Part shown: positions 1 to 12,174 of the stretch, piece after piece | Layout of the letters: the number at the start of each line of letters is the position of its first letter | Position numbering within the stretch: the first letter of the stretch is position 1 | Assembly: GCF_006345805.1 (NCBI RefSeq) | Contig: NC_043002.1 | Span: 76,880,001-76,944,000 of the forward strand | Direction of reading: 5' to 3' | DNA length: 64,000 bases | From: Octopus sinensis | Lineage: Eukaryota | Position numbers and translations under genes: made by a program | The notes under the pieces: generated by a model | The model's database searches: none | What the model saw: the letters and a program-made list of their open reading frames with translations, nothing else | Told to the model about the DNA's origin: nothing

Positions 1-600
1 CACCATGTAAGTGTACCAGGATTTACAGTGTGGTGTGGCTTATCATCAAGAAGATAAATTGGACCATTCTTTTTTGACAGTACTGAGACTAGTCCCGTTT
101 ACTTGAACTTGCTGCAACAGTCTGTCATGGAAAACACTTGAAGACTTTGAAGATGAGGAGTTCTATTTTCAGAAAGATGGGGCACCCCCACACTACCATT
201 GCGATGTTAGATCCTTCCTTGATGAGATCTTGCCGAACAGGTGGATTGGACAAAAGGGTTTTATTGAATACCTGCCACATTCACCAGACCTCACACCATT
301 AGACATTTTTTTATGAGGATACCTAAACGATAAAGTCCACACTATGAAACCTGCAACAGTCACTGATTTGAGAGCAGCCACTGAACAAGAATGCACACAA
401 ATACCAAACGAATTGTTTCATGATGCTTGCGATTCCATTGCTTCACGTTGTCAGCAGTGCCTGGACCAGAATGGACGTCAGTTTGAAAACAGGCATTGAC
501 AAAACAATAAAATATTCTATTAAATTTTGAAAATGAAATGTATTTTAATAAACACCTACTTTATAATTATTCAAAGTGTGTATACATTTTTGGGATACCC

Positions 601-602
<2 letters not shown>
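1..602 (+). mobile_element. 3' part of a decayed DD41D (rosa-like) Tc1/mariner transposon with its right TIR
   Basis: Translation FYFQKDGAPPHYHCDVRSFLDEILPNRWIGQKGFIEYLPHSPDLTPLDIFL*GYLNDKVH gives 41 residues between the 2nd and 3rd catalytic D. It ends in a TIR-like ...TTTTGGGATACCC followed by (TA)n. Confidence 0.85.
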
Positions 603-636
<34 letters not shown>

Positions 637-1212
637 CTGTATACAAGAGAAACCCATCCACCCATACCTAAACTTATCAACACTCCTTAAACTCTGTATC
701 ATCAGTGGGGTGCACTCTGTATCTCTTCTTTGCATTGCAACAAACTTTCCTCTGAACTCAGTGGCTGTATATTTTCTTTACTCATGTCATGTATACACTC
801 TCTTACATCATTGTTCTAGAAATCTTTTCCCGCCCATATTTAGTCTTCAAATTTCTAACCAAACACAATATCATTCATTTTAAGTGCATCCAGTCAATAT
901 ACCCTGCCTTAAAAAAAAATATTAAAAACCCCAAAGGTATGAGTATCGTTTTTCCTTCTTCGGCTAACACAAAAGAAAGTTCTTTTTGTGTAGCTAAGCC
1001 ACAATTGTGAGTGGAACTTAGTATTAAGCTAGTTTTCAGCAACCTTACTCAACTGAGAGAAACTTGTAGTTCTAACAGTATGTAATCATAAATCTTTGCT
1101 CAGTAATTGTGCTTATTTATTGACTGTATGGCACCCTTGAATAGGCATCTTCTGCCATAGTCTTAGCTTGATAAATATCTTCATCATCATTATCCTCCTC
1201 CTCTCCTCCTCC

Positions 1213-1313
1213 TCATCATCATCATCATTTAACATCCACTTTCCATACTGGCATGGGTTGGACGGTTTGACTGAGGACTGGTAAGCCAGAAAGCTGCACC
1301 AGGCTCCAATCTG
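1213..1313 (-). mobile_element. 3' fragment of (GAT)n-tailed RTE-related repeat (family B)
   Basis: (CAT)n-TTAACATCCACTTTCCATACTGGCATGGGTTGGACGG matches the reverse complement of the 3' end seen in more than 15 copies in the window. Confidence 0.8.
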
Positions 1314-1319
1314 AGTATC

Positions 1320-1592
1320 TTGTGAGTAGAACATGGTAGATGGAAACTGTGCTGAAACTCCTCATTTATATATGTATATGTGTGTGTCTATTTTCTTGTC
1401 ATTGTTGCATAAAAATGCAATCATCAGAGGTAAAATGACGATGTGTTGTGCCAAAAAGCATAACTTAGCAATTTGTCAAATCAATATTGATGAAATAAGT
1501 AAAGTCAATTTATTGATTAAAGCCCTTCAAGGTGGTGCTCTAACACAGCCACAATCCAATGACTGAAATCAGTAAAAGAATAAAAGAATAAA
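1320..1592 (+). mobile_element. Decayed 3' half of tRNA-derived SINE family A
   Basis: GGTAGATGGAAACTG core, then the tail GGTGGTGCTCTAACACAGCCACAATCCAATGACTGAAATCAGTAAAAGAATAAAAGAATA. Confidence 0.65.
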
Positions 1593-2118
1593 AAAAGTTA
1601 ACAACTGTTTTGCTTGCCAGTTCATGCCAGAGAAAGAATTGAAGTATTAGAGACATGTAATGCAAAAATATGATCAATGCCAGCTTAAAATATACAGCAA
1701 AATGCTAATAGAATATAGATTTGACTAAAACCGCAGAATATGCGGGATGAGGACAGTTAGATCAGATTTTAACAGGTTAGGCTTCACCGAACAAGTAATG
1801 AAGGGTTTGAGTCACACAGAGAGATGTTGAATTGAAGACCTATCAATTTTCCTTATTAATGTACTGAAAGCAAAAATATTGAAATATTCGGCCCTTTTTT
1901 TTCTTCTCACCTACCTCAAGAATAATTGCAATAATCATTCATTCATTCATGTAACAGGAATTGCCTCTGTTGGACAGTAACCGAGTCTTGTAAAATTTCT
2001 ATATCAGCAATAAATATTGTTGGTAGGTATTGATCTCTTTGAAATAGTTGCACTATATGAGTGAATGAATGATTTAGTGTGCATGTGTGTATTTTGCTTT
2101 ATTTTATTTCTTATTTAC

Positions 2119-2175
2119 TATATATACATATATATATATACATATATACATATGTATATATATATATATATATAT

Positions 2176-2251
<76 letters not shown>

Positions 2252-2354
2252 TATGTATATACATATTGTCTATTTTCATAAAGCTTCCCGTTATATATGT
2301 ATATATAGTAAACAAGAAAAAATACACACACTATATATATACATGATGTATGCT

Positions 2355-2392
<38 letters not shown>

Positions 2393-2410
2393 ATACTTAT
2401 ATATATATGC
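2119..2410. repeat. Interrupted (TA)n microsatellite
   Basis: Directly visible. Confidence 0.95.
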
Positions 2411-2750
2411 TTATATTGCTCTCAAACCATTTAACAAAATCTAAGTATGGACAGATCCATTTATTTCTGGTTTTGGGATATAGCAAAAGACACATTGGTA
2501 AATTATTAAAATCTCGTACACCTTGTCAGTAGCTTTCAGATTTCATTATTGTATATTTATGGAAAGGATATACATATAAACATATATACTTACGAACACA
2601 CATTTATATAAAAAATATATATATGTATGTGTGTGTGTATGTATGTATTCACATATATATAGGTGTGAGTGTATGTGTGTAAATCGAAAATAGAAATTAA
2701 AAGGGATGTTAGGAAGAGAGATGGGGTGCAACATGAAAGGAGTAATGGGA

Positions 2751-2781
<31 letters not shown>

Positions 2782-3096
2782 ATGGAAAAAAGAAGAGAAA
2801 AGTGGTGTATTTGACAGTAAATGGATGAATAACCAGATATAAATCTAAATAAATGAACAGACTGAAAGTTAAATATAGATAGAGATATATAATCACACTG
2901 AAATATAAATATAGGCAAATGAAAAGATAGATAAATGGTCGACCAAAGGGGTGTGTGTGTGTGTGTGTGTGTGTGCGTGCATGTTTATAATATATATAAA
3001 ATATGTATGCATATATATATATACATATATATGCACATACACACACAATATAATATATTTGTGTGCATGTGTGTACATGTACATTATATATATATG

Positions 3097-3099
<3 letters not shown>

Positions 3100-3183
<84 letters not shown>

Positions 3184-3260
3184 CTGAAGGCAGATGATAG
3201 ACTGATACAGATATAAATTCAAATGTGTGTTGTTTGAAGAGTGAGAAACAAAGAGCAAAG

Positions 3261-3349
<89 letters not shown>

Positions 3350-3376
3350 ACTGACTACCAGACTGATTGATATGCA
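3100..3376 (+). repeat. Copy 1 of a local duplication: (TA)n(GA)n, unique 70 bp, (GA)n, unique 30 bp
   Basis: CTGAAGGCAGATGATAGACTGATACAGATATAAATTCAAATGTGTGTTG...ATTAACTGACTACCAGACTGATTGATATGCA recurs at 4022-4236. Confidence 0.9.
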
Positions 3377-3807
3377 AAGCAATGATCATAATGTGTCAAC
3401 TAGGAAAGAACTCGAATCTTTGATCAGAATAAGATTTAATTATATTTGATAGGAATCAGTTATAATTAAGATAGTATCTATATTCAGTTCATTGAATTGA
3501 ATGTAGTATCTTAATTACATGTGACTCGTATATACAGCTAAATCTTATTCTAGTCAAAGAGCCAAACCTTGATGCTGACCATGTTCCATGGTTGACTTCA
3601 AACAGTGGCATATGAAGTATTAGAAGCTCAGGCAATGCAAAGATGCCACGACATACAGGGAAGATTGAAAAGATAAGTAACTTTTGTGAATGCATGAAGC
3701 TCACTCAAAATCGGATTGTATTTATAGGCTTAGGCATGGCTTTGCGATAAGAAGTTGGCATCTTGATGGTCTGCTTTCCATTTTTGTCTTGCAGATCCTC
3801 TGACAAG

Positions 3808-3925
3808 ATTTTTGATCTGCTCAAGGCTATAGTAGAAGGCACTTGCCCAAGGTGGCACACGGTGTGACCGAACCTGGAACCATGTGGTTGGGAAGCAAAC
3901 TTCTTACTACACAACCATGCCTGTG
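3808..3925 (-). mobile_element. SINE family A head fragment
   Basis: GGCTATAGTAGAAGGCACTTGCCCAAGGTG...GAACCTGGAACCATGTGGTT...CTTACTACACAACCATGCCTG is the reverse complement of the family A tRNA-like head and core. Confidence 0.8.
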
Positions 3926-3964
3926 TCTATACATACTTTCCAATCTCCCTTGTATATATATGTG

Positions 3965-4125
3965 GGTATATGTCTTTGTGTCTGTATTTGTCCCCACCCC
4001 CACCCCCCACTCGACAACCAGTATATATATATATATATAAAGAGGGAGAGAGAGAGAAACTGAAGGTAGATGATAGACTTATACAGATATAAGTTCAAAT
4101 GTGTGTTGTTCGAAGAGTGAGAAAC

Positions 4126-4209
<84 letters not shown>

Positions 4210-4410
4210 ACTGACTGCCAGACTGATTGATATGCACCAACCACCAACACTTGACAACCAGTGTTCATGTGTTTAAGCAGTCTGGCAAAAAGAAACCAAC
4301 AGAATAAGTACCAGGCTTAAAGAATTAAGTACAGGGGTCAATTCATTTGCTTAAAATTTTTCACACAAGTGCCCCAGTCTCCAACTGAAACAAGTAGGAG
4401 ATAAGAATAT
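3965..4410 (+). mobile_element. SINE family A 3' half interrupted by the 4022-4236 duplicated segment
   Basis: GTGTCTGTATTTGTCCCC...GACAACCAGT [insert] GACAACCAGTG...AGAATAAGTACCAGGCTT...CTGAAACAAGTAGGAGATAAGAATA. Confidence 0.7.
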
Positions 4411-4610
4411 TCACTAAATTGTGAAATCTGCTCTTATTGCACAGTTTTCATATTATTGCCACAGTATCCAAAAATATGTTTTGTGGTCAACTTAATCTGT
4501 TAATTGGTTTAATATTCTTTTACTAAATCTCTGTTGAAATATGGGGTTCGTTCCAGAAGATTTTTTTTAAGAGAGACAGTTATACACATTATTGTAATTT
4601 TAGTATATCA

Positions 4611-4752
4611 TTTAATTTCTCTCTCTCATTCCATTACTGGCAAGAGGCTCTTTCTGTTCTTGCTTCCATCCCTTCACACTTTTCCTCTCATTCCAATGTC
4701 TGTAAGCATCCTCCAAACTAACTGGGCAGGGAATCCCCTTCAGCCACCTTCA
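4611..4752 (-). repeat. Inverted copy of the adjacent HERO fragment (fold-back arm)
   Basis: Its reverse complement aligns to 4834-4992 with few mismatches and one short indel. Confidence 0.9.
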
Positions 4753-4771
4753 TCAGTATATCAAGCAAGTC

Positions 4772-5120
4772 AAGTTTGAGAGCCTTCTGCAGGATAGCAG
4801 GGAGAAGGGATGGCTGTCATGACTTTTCCCAGTTGAGGGTGGTTGAAGGGGATTCCCTGCCCAGTCAGTTTGGAGGATGCTTACAGACACTGGAATGAGA
4901 GGAAAAGAGTGAAGGGATTGAAGCAACTACAAGATGGAAGCAGCAACAGAAAGAGTTTCTTGCTGGTTATGGAACGAGAGAGAGGAGTTAAACTGGAAGC
5001 CAGGAGGAGATGATGAGCAGTGATTTGGCCACCTCTGCTGACTCGCCAGTGGGAAGGTGTTATAGTTCAGGGTTTAAACATTCAACGATCATTGGATACC
5101 TTCAAATGGCATCAGGTCCT
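4772..5120 (+). mobile_element. 5'-truncated HERO-like (RLE-type) non-LTR retrotransposon 3' end
   Basis: Translation KFESLLQDSREKGWLS*LFPVEGG*RGFPAQSVWRMLTDTGMRGKE*...ERVSCWLWNEREELNWKPG resembles the HERO-clade RLE C-terminus (FPVEVGCRGF...AAERASCWLW), recognised from memory. Confidence 0.75.
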
Positions 5121-5279
5121 TCTAGCCAAAGCTCCATTCTCTTCTAGGTGTTACCAATAACATATCTAATGGGTTGAACTGCCAGCTTTTGTTATTCTAG
5201 ATTGAAGGAGACAGCTGTAATAGCACTTTTGAACACATTCTACTAAACACTGCTTGTCACAGTTGACTAGTTTGAAGAA

Positions 5280-5910
5280 TGCAGTCAGGATGAGAAGACA
5301 ATTTGGAAGCTCACTATGCAATAAAGTTTTGTGTTTGACTGGGAAAAAATACTACAAGAACTTATGAAAGGGTCAAGACTGCTAATGGATTAACTTGTAT
5401 GAGCTGAGCATCTGTTTTTTGGTAGCACAAGAGGCCAGGCAAAGGAAACTCACTGGGAAGCTTATGATGATTCCCTTTTTCAACAGTAAAGGCATTATCT
5501 ATATCCACTGGGTTCCCTCTGGCCAAATGGTAAACAAAGAGTTCTTTGTGGAGGTTTTGAAGGAGTTCAGGAAGAGATTTCATTGCAAAAGGTGAGAGCA
5601 CCAGCACCAGGCCAATGCACAGTCCACAAATCCATCCTAGTAGCCAACTACTTGCAAGAGATGAGCATCAAAACTTCTCCTCACCATCACTACTGTACAG
5701 AGCTTGCTCTCTGTGAATTTTTGGTTGTTCCCCAAGCTGAAAGAGATGAAGGGTCCTGGATATCTACCCTTTAGAGGACTTTCATGGGGCTATGACAAAA
5801 TGGTTGGAATGCTAGAAGAAGTGCATTGAAGTTAGAGGATACTACTTTAAAGAGGATTAGAGTTATGTATTTCTTTGAAATTAATAAATTTCTGGAATGC
5901 ACCTTGTCCA
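5280..5910 (+). mobile_element. Internally deleted, decayed mariner (DD34D-type) transposon
   Basis: N-terminal YAIKFCV-like segment, then GKLMMIPFFNSKGIIYIHWVPSGQMVNKEFFVEVLKEFRKRF and a degenerate HPPYSPDLAPCDF-like motif. Confidence 0.75.
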
Positions 5911-5914
5911 CTGC

Positions 5915-6100
5915 TTTCATTTCAATTAATTTTTAAAATAATGATGAATTTAGTAGAATAACTTTTTTATTATTAAGCTGGTATTTAGAACATAAATTAA
6001 CATGAAGTTTTGTGGAGATGTTTAAATTTAAATAACTTCAAAACAATGTTTGTGCTATAGAAGTATGAGCAGCTTCAGGTGGGTTGTTATCAAAAGGGTT
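5915..6100. mobile_element. TTAA-flanked MITE-like element (family P2), partial
   Basis: Ends ...TATCAAAAGGG|TTAA. The body is shared with 6592-6750. Confidence 0.55.
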
Positions 6101-6367
6101 AATATAACTACATGGTCCTTGGGTGTGTATAGTGGAGTAGAGGAGGTCTTTTGTTTGAGAAAAGTTTTTTCTCTTTCTCTTCTGAGAAAAGCCTTCTCAC
6201 CTCCTCAGTCTTGGAGGTCTTGAAATTCATTATGTGCACTGCCTTTCCTCCTCTACATCATCAGAAAAAAGGAAAAAAGAACAACAAACTAAAAAACTCT
6301 GTTCTTTTTCTTTTCTTTTTTTTGCCTTCAATCATTCCAACATCATTGTTAAAAAAAGTCTATTTAA

Positions 6368-6587
6368 TCCTTCAACATTCAGATTACTTTGTCAAGTGTA
6401 ATGCTTATTTATTCACATTGTTTTTAGTTAATCATGCATTATCTTGTAGCTTTGAGATTTCGATAATGTGATTGTTTATTCCTAGAATGACATTGTAGGA
6501 CCAGTATGAGAGGCCAGATCTGGCTGATTTGGAAGTAAAACAGGTAGACTATTTGGGCCAGATATGGCCAGTTTAAGGGCTAAAGGA
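6368..6587. mobile_element. TTAA-flanked (piggyBac-like) MITE, family P1
   Basis: TTAA|TCCTTCAACATTCAGA...GGCTAAAGGA|TTAA. The body matches 16473-16685 and 38359-38967. Confidence 0.65.
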
Positions 6588-6887
6588 TTAACCCTGTTTC
6601 TTGCTGTATTTTCTTTGAAATATACTGCTTTTGTTTCAGTTGGTTTTGAAAATAATGAGGAATTTGATAAAATAACATTGACGTTATTAAGCTGCAGTTT
6701 AGAACATAAATTAACATTAATTAACATAAATTAACATGAAAGTTTTTATCACAAAAATCACAGGCATAAGGGTTAGTGCCTCTCCAGTGTATTTAAGTTA
6801 CATTAGAATTTAAGTTACATTAAACTCTATTTTTTGTAGTGTGTTGCAGGTGGCCAACAAAGATTTTTGCCTGTCTGCCTTTTACAG

Positions 6888-6904
6888 ATAGAGAGAGAGA
6901 GAGA

Positions 6905-6953
<49 letters not shown>

Positions 6954-6954
6954 G

Positions 6955-7012
<58 letters not shown>
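6888..7012. repeat. (GA)n microsatellite
   Basis: Directly visible. Confidence 0.95.
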
Positions 7013-7016
<4 letters not shown>

Positions 7017-7504
7017 GACAGGGCAGACAGAGGAAGGGCTTTCTGCTAGCTTTACAAGGCAGACTTATCTAATTACAGTACTGCCTGTTGGAATTTATAT
7101 CTTTGATATTTACAGAGTAAATTTCACTTAACACAGAGCAGACAATACCTATGCAAACACTGCAAGCATGCTTTCTAGTTGGGGAAGATAAACTAAAGTT
7201 AATCAAAATAGGAAGCAGTACATGGAATTTCTTCAAAGTAAACAGCATTTTGCCAGCTCTTGTATCAGAATAACCATCAAACTGTCCTGTCAGTTCACAC
7301 TGTTAGCAAAGGAATAAACATTTTCAAAGATTTCACCTTGGTAAAGATACAAATGGACGATTTAGAAAAAATTCAAAGAAATTTGTCTTGTTTTGAGAAT
7401 ACTTATATGTAGCTGATTCTTTTATATGCAATAAAAAAAAAAACCCAAGGGCCTGGTGGTAATGTGAAATTGAAACATGAGTATTCTAAAACAAGATTGT
7501 ATAT

Positions 7505-7785
7505 TATCACCATTGTCTTCATTTAACGTCTGTTTTCCATGTTGGCATGGGTTAGAGTGTTTGAAAGAAACTGGTAAAGCCAGCGAGGCCACACCATGGC
7601 CTGTTCTGGCAAGGTTTCTACCACTGGATGCCCTTACTAACACCAACCACTCTTTACAGAGTTAGGGTGTACTGGGTACTTTTTAAATGGCATCAGTACC
7701 AGTGCTGTTAACATGGCACCAGTACCAATGCTTTTGATGTGGCACCAACAGCAATGTTTTTATGTGGCATCAACACAGCATATGT
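7505..7785 (-). mobile_element. Decayed family B repeat
   Basis: CATTTAACGTCTGTTTTCCATGTTGGCATGGGTT...CTGGATGCCCTTACTAACACCAACCACTC. Confidence 0.7.
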
Positions 7786-8507
7786 GAGCACGTGTGTATG
7801 CACGTGTGTGTGTGTGTGTGTGTACTTGTTCATGTGTGCATGTATATAAAAGTTTTATATAGCAGGATTAAGCATTTTGTTAATAGTTGCATAAAAACAG
7901 TTACTTGGATAGACTCATGTTGGTGATGACAACAGTTCTATGTTAGATATATCTGTAGCAGAAATATATAGTCAGTAGAAGGTATTGATGTGGCTGTGTG
8001 TATGTTATAACAATAGTTTATAAAAAGATGAAAGATTAAACTCAAAATCTATATATTTATTACATAAAAATATATTTTATTTCTTTTATCAATGATGATA
8101 CACGGAATCAAAATGTAGAATCTAGTTGAATGAAGTAATCTATGCAAGACAGTTCGGAGATAGAAAATGTAGAAATAACAGCAAAGTGGTGGTTTTCAGT
8201 CATGTGTTGTAGAGAAATAGATGGACATAGCAATGGTGTGAATGGCTCTAAGTCTAATCAACTAAGAAGTGAAGAGCTGGGTTAGCAAGCTGTTTTTATT
8301 AATGGAATGCTAGACATTCTAGAAACTTCCAAGAGAAACACTAAGCTTCTTGAATAATTAAGAATTATGCTTCATGACATAGATGCTTTGAGAAACTTAG
8401 AAAAGGAAGGTTACTCTATGATCTTTCTTGCAAGGGAAATCATTCAACTATTTAGCTACATATCTATCAATATCTTGTTTGTATAATTATAGTTCTTAAA
8501 TAGTGAA

Positions 8508-9435
8508 GATGCATGGCCTAGTGGTTAGGGTGTTGCACTCATGATTGTCGGATTGTGGTTTCAATTCTTAGACTGGGTGGTACCTTGTGTTCCTAAGCAA
8601 AACACTTCAACTCACATTGCTCAGTGATCAGTTCAACACCTGGTGTGTGGCACTTGTTCAGGTAATGTTGATTTGATGGAAGGGTTGAACTTAATGTACA
8701 GCACATACATTTGATCACTATAAGCCAGGGGTCACCAAACTTTTTCAACTATCAACCCCCTTTAGCCATTTCTCTTTCTGCATCGACCCCCTTTAGCACT
8801 TTCTCCTTCTGCATTGACCAACCTCCTTGTTTAAAATATCTTAATACCCTACCCTACCATACCATATCTTAAATACATCCTGGGTACTGATGCTGGCAAT
8901 TAAAATGTTAGCTTAAATATACATGTACAACAAATTAAGTAAGTCTATTGAAGATGACACACTTTTTACATTTAAAACTATGTGTACGAGTATACAGCAT
9001 TAAACTTATAATTTTTATGAAATTGTTTTCACGAATATAAAATGTAAAAAGCACATCATTTCGCTAGAATATCTTTTATTGAAATTGACATTAATATGAG
9101 GGATGAGCATGGCACTGACTAAGTGTTTCAAATAGTTCATCTGGGTGAGCTGGTCTTTCACATGCCAACCTCCATTCGACCCTTTGGCTATCATCGACCT
9201 TCTTTAATTCCTTACCAACCCCTAGGAGCTTCCTCAGACCCCCTTTGGTGATCCCTGCTATAAGCATATCATTTGTGTAGGTCATTTGGCAAAAGCTGAA
9301 CACTCAAATATTGTCTTCAACAGGTGAGTCCATCATAGTTCCCAGAATAATACTTGTAGAAATGGTAAAGCTTTACATGGAAAGGTAAACTTACAACATA
9401 CTTTGCTTCAATTCAAGGCTGCATCAAAGAAAAAA
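8508..9435 (+). mobile_element. tRNA-derived SINE family C, split by a hAT insertion
   Basis: Head GCATGGCCTAGTGGTTAGGGTGTTGCACTCATGA...GGTTTCAATTC (A/B-box-like), then TTGTGTTCCTAAGCAAAACACTT. The sequence resumes after 9265. Confidence 0.7.
8726..9257 (-). mobile_element. Non-autonomous hAT (Charlie/Buster-type) element
   Basis: TIRs CAGGGGTCACCAAA / TTTGGTGATCCCTG. Perfect 8-bp TSD CTATAAGC at 8718-8725 and 9258-9265. The minus strand retains a transposase-like C-terminus ...HAHPSY* (compare QAHPSH*). Confidence 0.9.
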
Positions 9436-9995
9436 AAAGGCAAATGTCTGATTTTATTTTTAAAACCTTATTAAGCTATCTTAATGTAATTTGTAATTGT
9501 CTTTACTTATTTGCTACAACATCCAATAATATCCACTTCTTATGCAGATACCATTACCATTCATTCTTCTCTGATATTCTCCAATTATTATACCTCTGTC
9601 AACAGCAAGAAAATGCAGATGCTACTCATAAAAAAAAAAACATTATTACATGACATTCACCTTAATCATGAGCAACACTCAGCGAGAGCCCTCAAACTCT
9701 CTCCCTATTGATTGGCATAAAGTGACTCACAGACATGCAGCAACTTCCAGCCCACATGTATACTGTCTTCTCTCCTTGCCTTCAACACCACTCTATAATA
9801 TTATGGCTTTTGTTCCTTGGAGCTAGCTGGACTTATATCACCTTCCCTTAGGTATTCCTGTCCTACTTACCTCTCCTCTTTTCACACTTCTGTTGTGTCC
9901 AACCTCCCTCTTTTATGCCATCAAATATGATGAATTTTGGTAGAAATAATGAGATCCTAACTAAATATGTTGTAGCCAATAGCAGTTTTTTACTA

Positions 9996-10418
9996 TACTC
10001 TTTTACTCTTTTACTTGTTTCAGTCATTTGACTGTGGCCATGCTGGAGCGGCACCTTTTAGTCAAGCAAATCGACCCCAGGACTTATTCTTTGTAAGCCT
10101 AGTACTTATTCTATCGGTCTCTTTTGCTGAACTGCTAAGTTAAGGGGACGTAAACACACCAGCATTGGTTGTCAAGTGATGTTGGGAGGACAAACACAGA
10201 CACACAAACATACACACACACACACACACACATACACACACACACATACATATATAAGATGGGCATCTTTCAGTTTCCATCTACCAAATCCACTCACAAG
10301 GCTTTGGTCGGCCCAAGGGTATAGTAGAAGACAATTGCCCAAGGTGCCACACAGTGGGACTGAACCCGGAACCATGTGGTTTGTAAGTAAGCTACTTACC
10401 ACACACCCACTCCTATGC
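9996..10418 (-). mobile_element. Full-length tRNA-derived SINE family A (octopus OR-type, CORE-like)
   Basis: tRNA-like head, CCTTGGGCAAGTGTCTTC core, internal (TG)n and (TAAAAGAG)n tail. Near-identical architecture in five other copies. Confidence 0.9.
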
Positions 10419-10559
10419 TTATGATAAATATGATAAATATTTTTCTGTTAACTAAATGAGGAAGCGAAAAAATTTGTTCCTGATCATTCCTATGCCCATC
10501 ATAACCCTAAGAAATGTTTGATTAAATTTTGCACCACTCTAGAAAAGTAATATCACATC

Positions 10560-10725
10560 TTAGCTTGGTTTGGCTTGACTTCATGCTCTTGCTTGATGGG
10601 GCTGGGGTCATTCCAAGTTAGTGGTCCCAGAGACATCGTCATGTGTAGAGTTGACCAGGTCCACCAGTGCACTCCATCTTTGGTGGTCTCATGCCAGCTC
10701 ATCTGCGTTCTCCAAGATATCACAT
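10560..10725 (-). mobile_element. Possible RTE-type LINE C-terminal remnant
   Basis: One frame reads ILENADELA*DHQRWSALVDLVNST, resembling the A.DR..WR.LV motif at RTE ORF ends. Confidence 0.4.
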
Positions 10726-12174
10726 CTGAGTAAGAAAAATTCAATTTCCTAATATCTAATTTATTTTCTTAATTGAATCACATTCATAATTGTAAGAATA
10801 ATAAAATGCTTGGTGTCTTCATAGAATAAAGTTCTTTTTAAGAGTTAGTTAATTTTATTCTGAAAAGTGATTTTAATAAAACACATGCTTTCCTCTTTTT
10901 ACTGCACTTCCTGAAATGCAGTTTCACACTCCCAGTCTGTGTGGGGTAAACCCGACTTATTTGACATCCATCTAAACTGAAGAACATGGATGTTTGCATA
11001 AAATTAGTGTGTTAAATGTTTAATTGCAACAGTTGCTGGTAACTTGTGAGAAGGGGTCATAAGGAGGAAATTTCACAAGGATGTAGTGTGAAGGGTATAA
11101 TACAACATGTTAAATGCATCTGTATTTAATATAATATTACAGGAAGTGTGACAGAATGAGGCAATGAGTTATGCATATTGAGTAGATTTATATTTTCCTA
11201 GTTTAAGTTATTCTGACATGACCTAAAACTATTATACTGTTTCCATTCAGTTTCTTTTGCTCTTTCCTAAACTTCTTTCTCCCATGAATCAAGCACCAAA
11301 CTAGGGCAGTCTTTATTATGATGATTACCTCAAAGGGAAATACACTTCTCATCAAGCCAATTCTGTGCAGTCAGTCAACCTGCCAGAAATAGTAACAAAG
11401 TCTTCAAAGAAAAAATAACACTTTACTGTCTTAAAAAAAAATGGTGGAGCACATGTAGTTAAAGATAGACTATGCCTGGGAAAATAGATGAAATTGTTAT
11501 GGCTGGTTTTAGCAGTATGTATTCAGAAAAAAAATTTTTTAGTGCATTAAAGTTTATGAGAGGTCCAACTTTGCACACAAGATCCAAGGTAACTTTTAGA
11601 GACATATATTTATAAAAAGAATTTAAGTGTCTTATATATCATCAGATATGGTGCTGTTTAATATATGCACAGATAATGAACTAGGCACAAAAATATTTTT
11701 AATTTGGATATAAACCACATATCGTTCAGACCAAAAATTGTTGATTAGTTTAGATGTTACTGTCACATCATATCTTACTTATTCTCACAACTTGAACAGT
11801 TAGAGTTGTGATCTATAATCTTGACATATTAAACAGGGTCTACTTCACTAAATACATCAATTGAGAAGTCTACTTTAAATATTCGGGCCATTTATTAGTC
11901 TTTCAGTAGTTTTCTTTTGCCTGGGTATTTGGTATTAATTGTAAAAAAGTGCAAGAGATGAGTGGATAAAATGTTGATTGCTTGGCTGAAGAATTGTGAT
12001 CTTTTGTGCTTTTATAAGTATTTTATTGTCTTTTGGACCAAATACAAATGAAGAAGGCGATAAATAGCATAATGGCTAAAAGAAACTTTATGTTCACTTG
12101 GTTTAATAGAAATGATAGTCTTCTTTGAATAACAACCTTTCTTATATAAATAAGGAGGGAATCATTGTATAGTG

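Noticed and set aside
4750-4756. CTGATGA on the minus strand at the edge of the HERO fold-back
   Set aside because: No stem II or GAAA follows. The other isolated CTGANGA hits (about 24.55, 24.60, 29.4, 39.7, 40.2, 51.55, 63.1 kb) also lack HHR structure.
5065-5115. Possible decayed ribozyme-like motif in the HERO 3' UTR
   Set aside because: Neither GAAA nor CTGATGA is intact, and it cannot be supported without a family consensus.
10553-10744. 63-aa ORF behind an acceptor-like TTTTCTTACTCAG (possible terminal exon)
   Set aside because: Another frame resembles an RTE C-terminus and no partner exons are visible, so it is kept only as a low-confidence LINE remnant.
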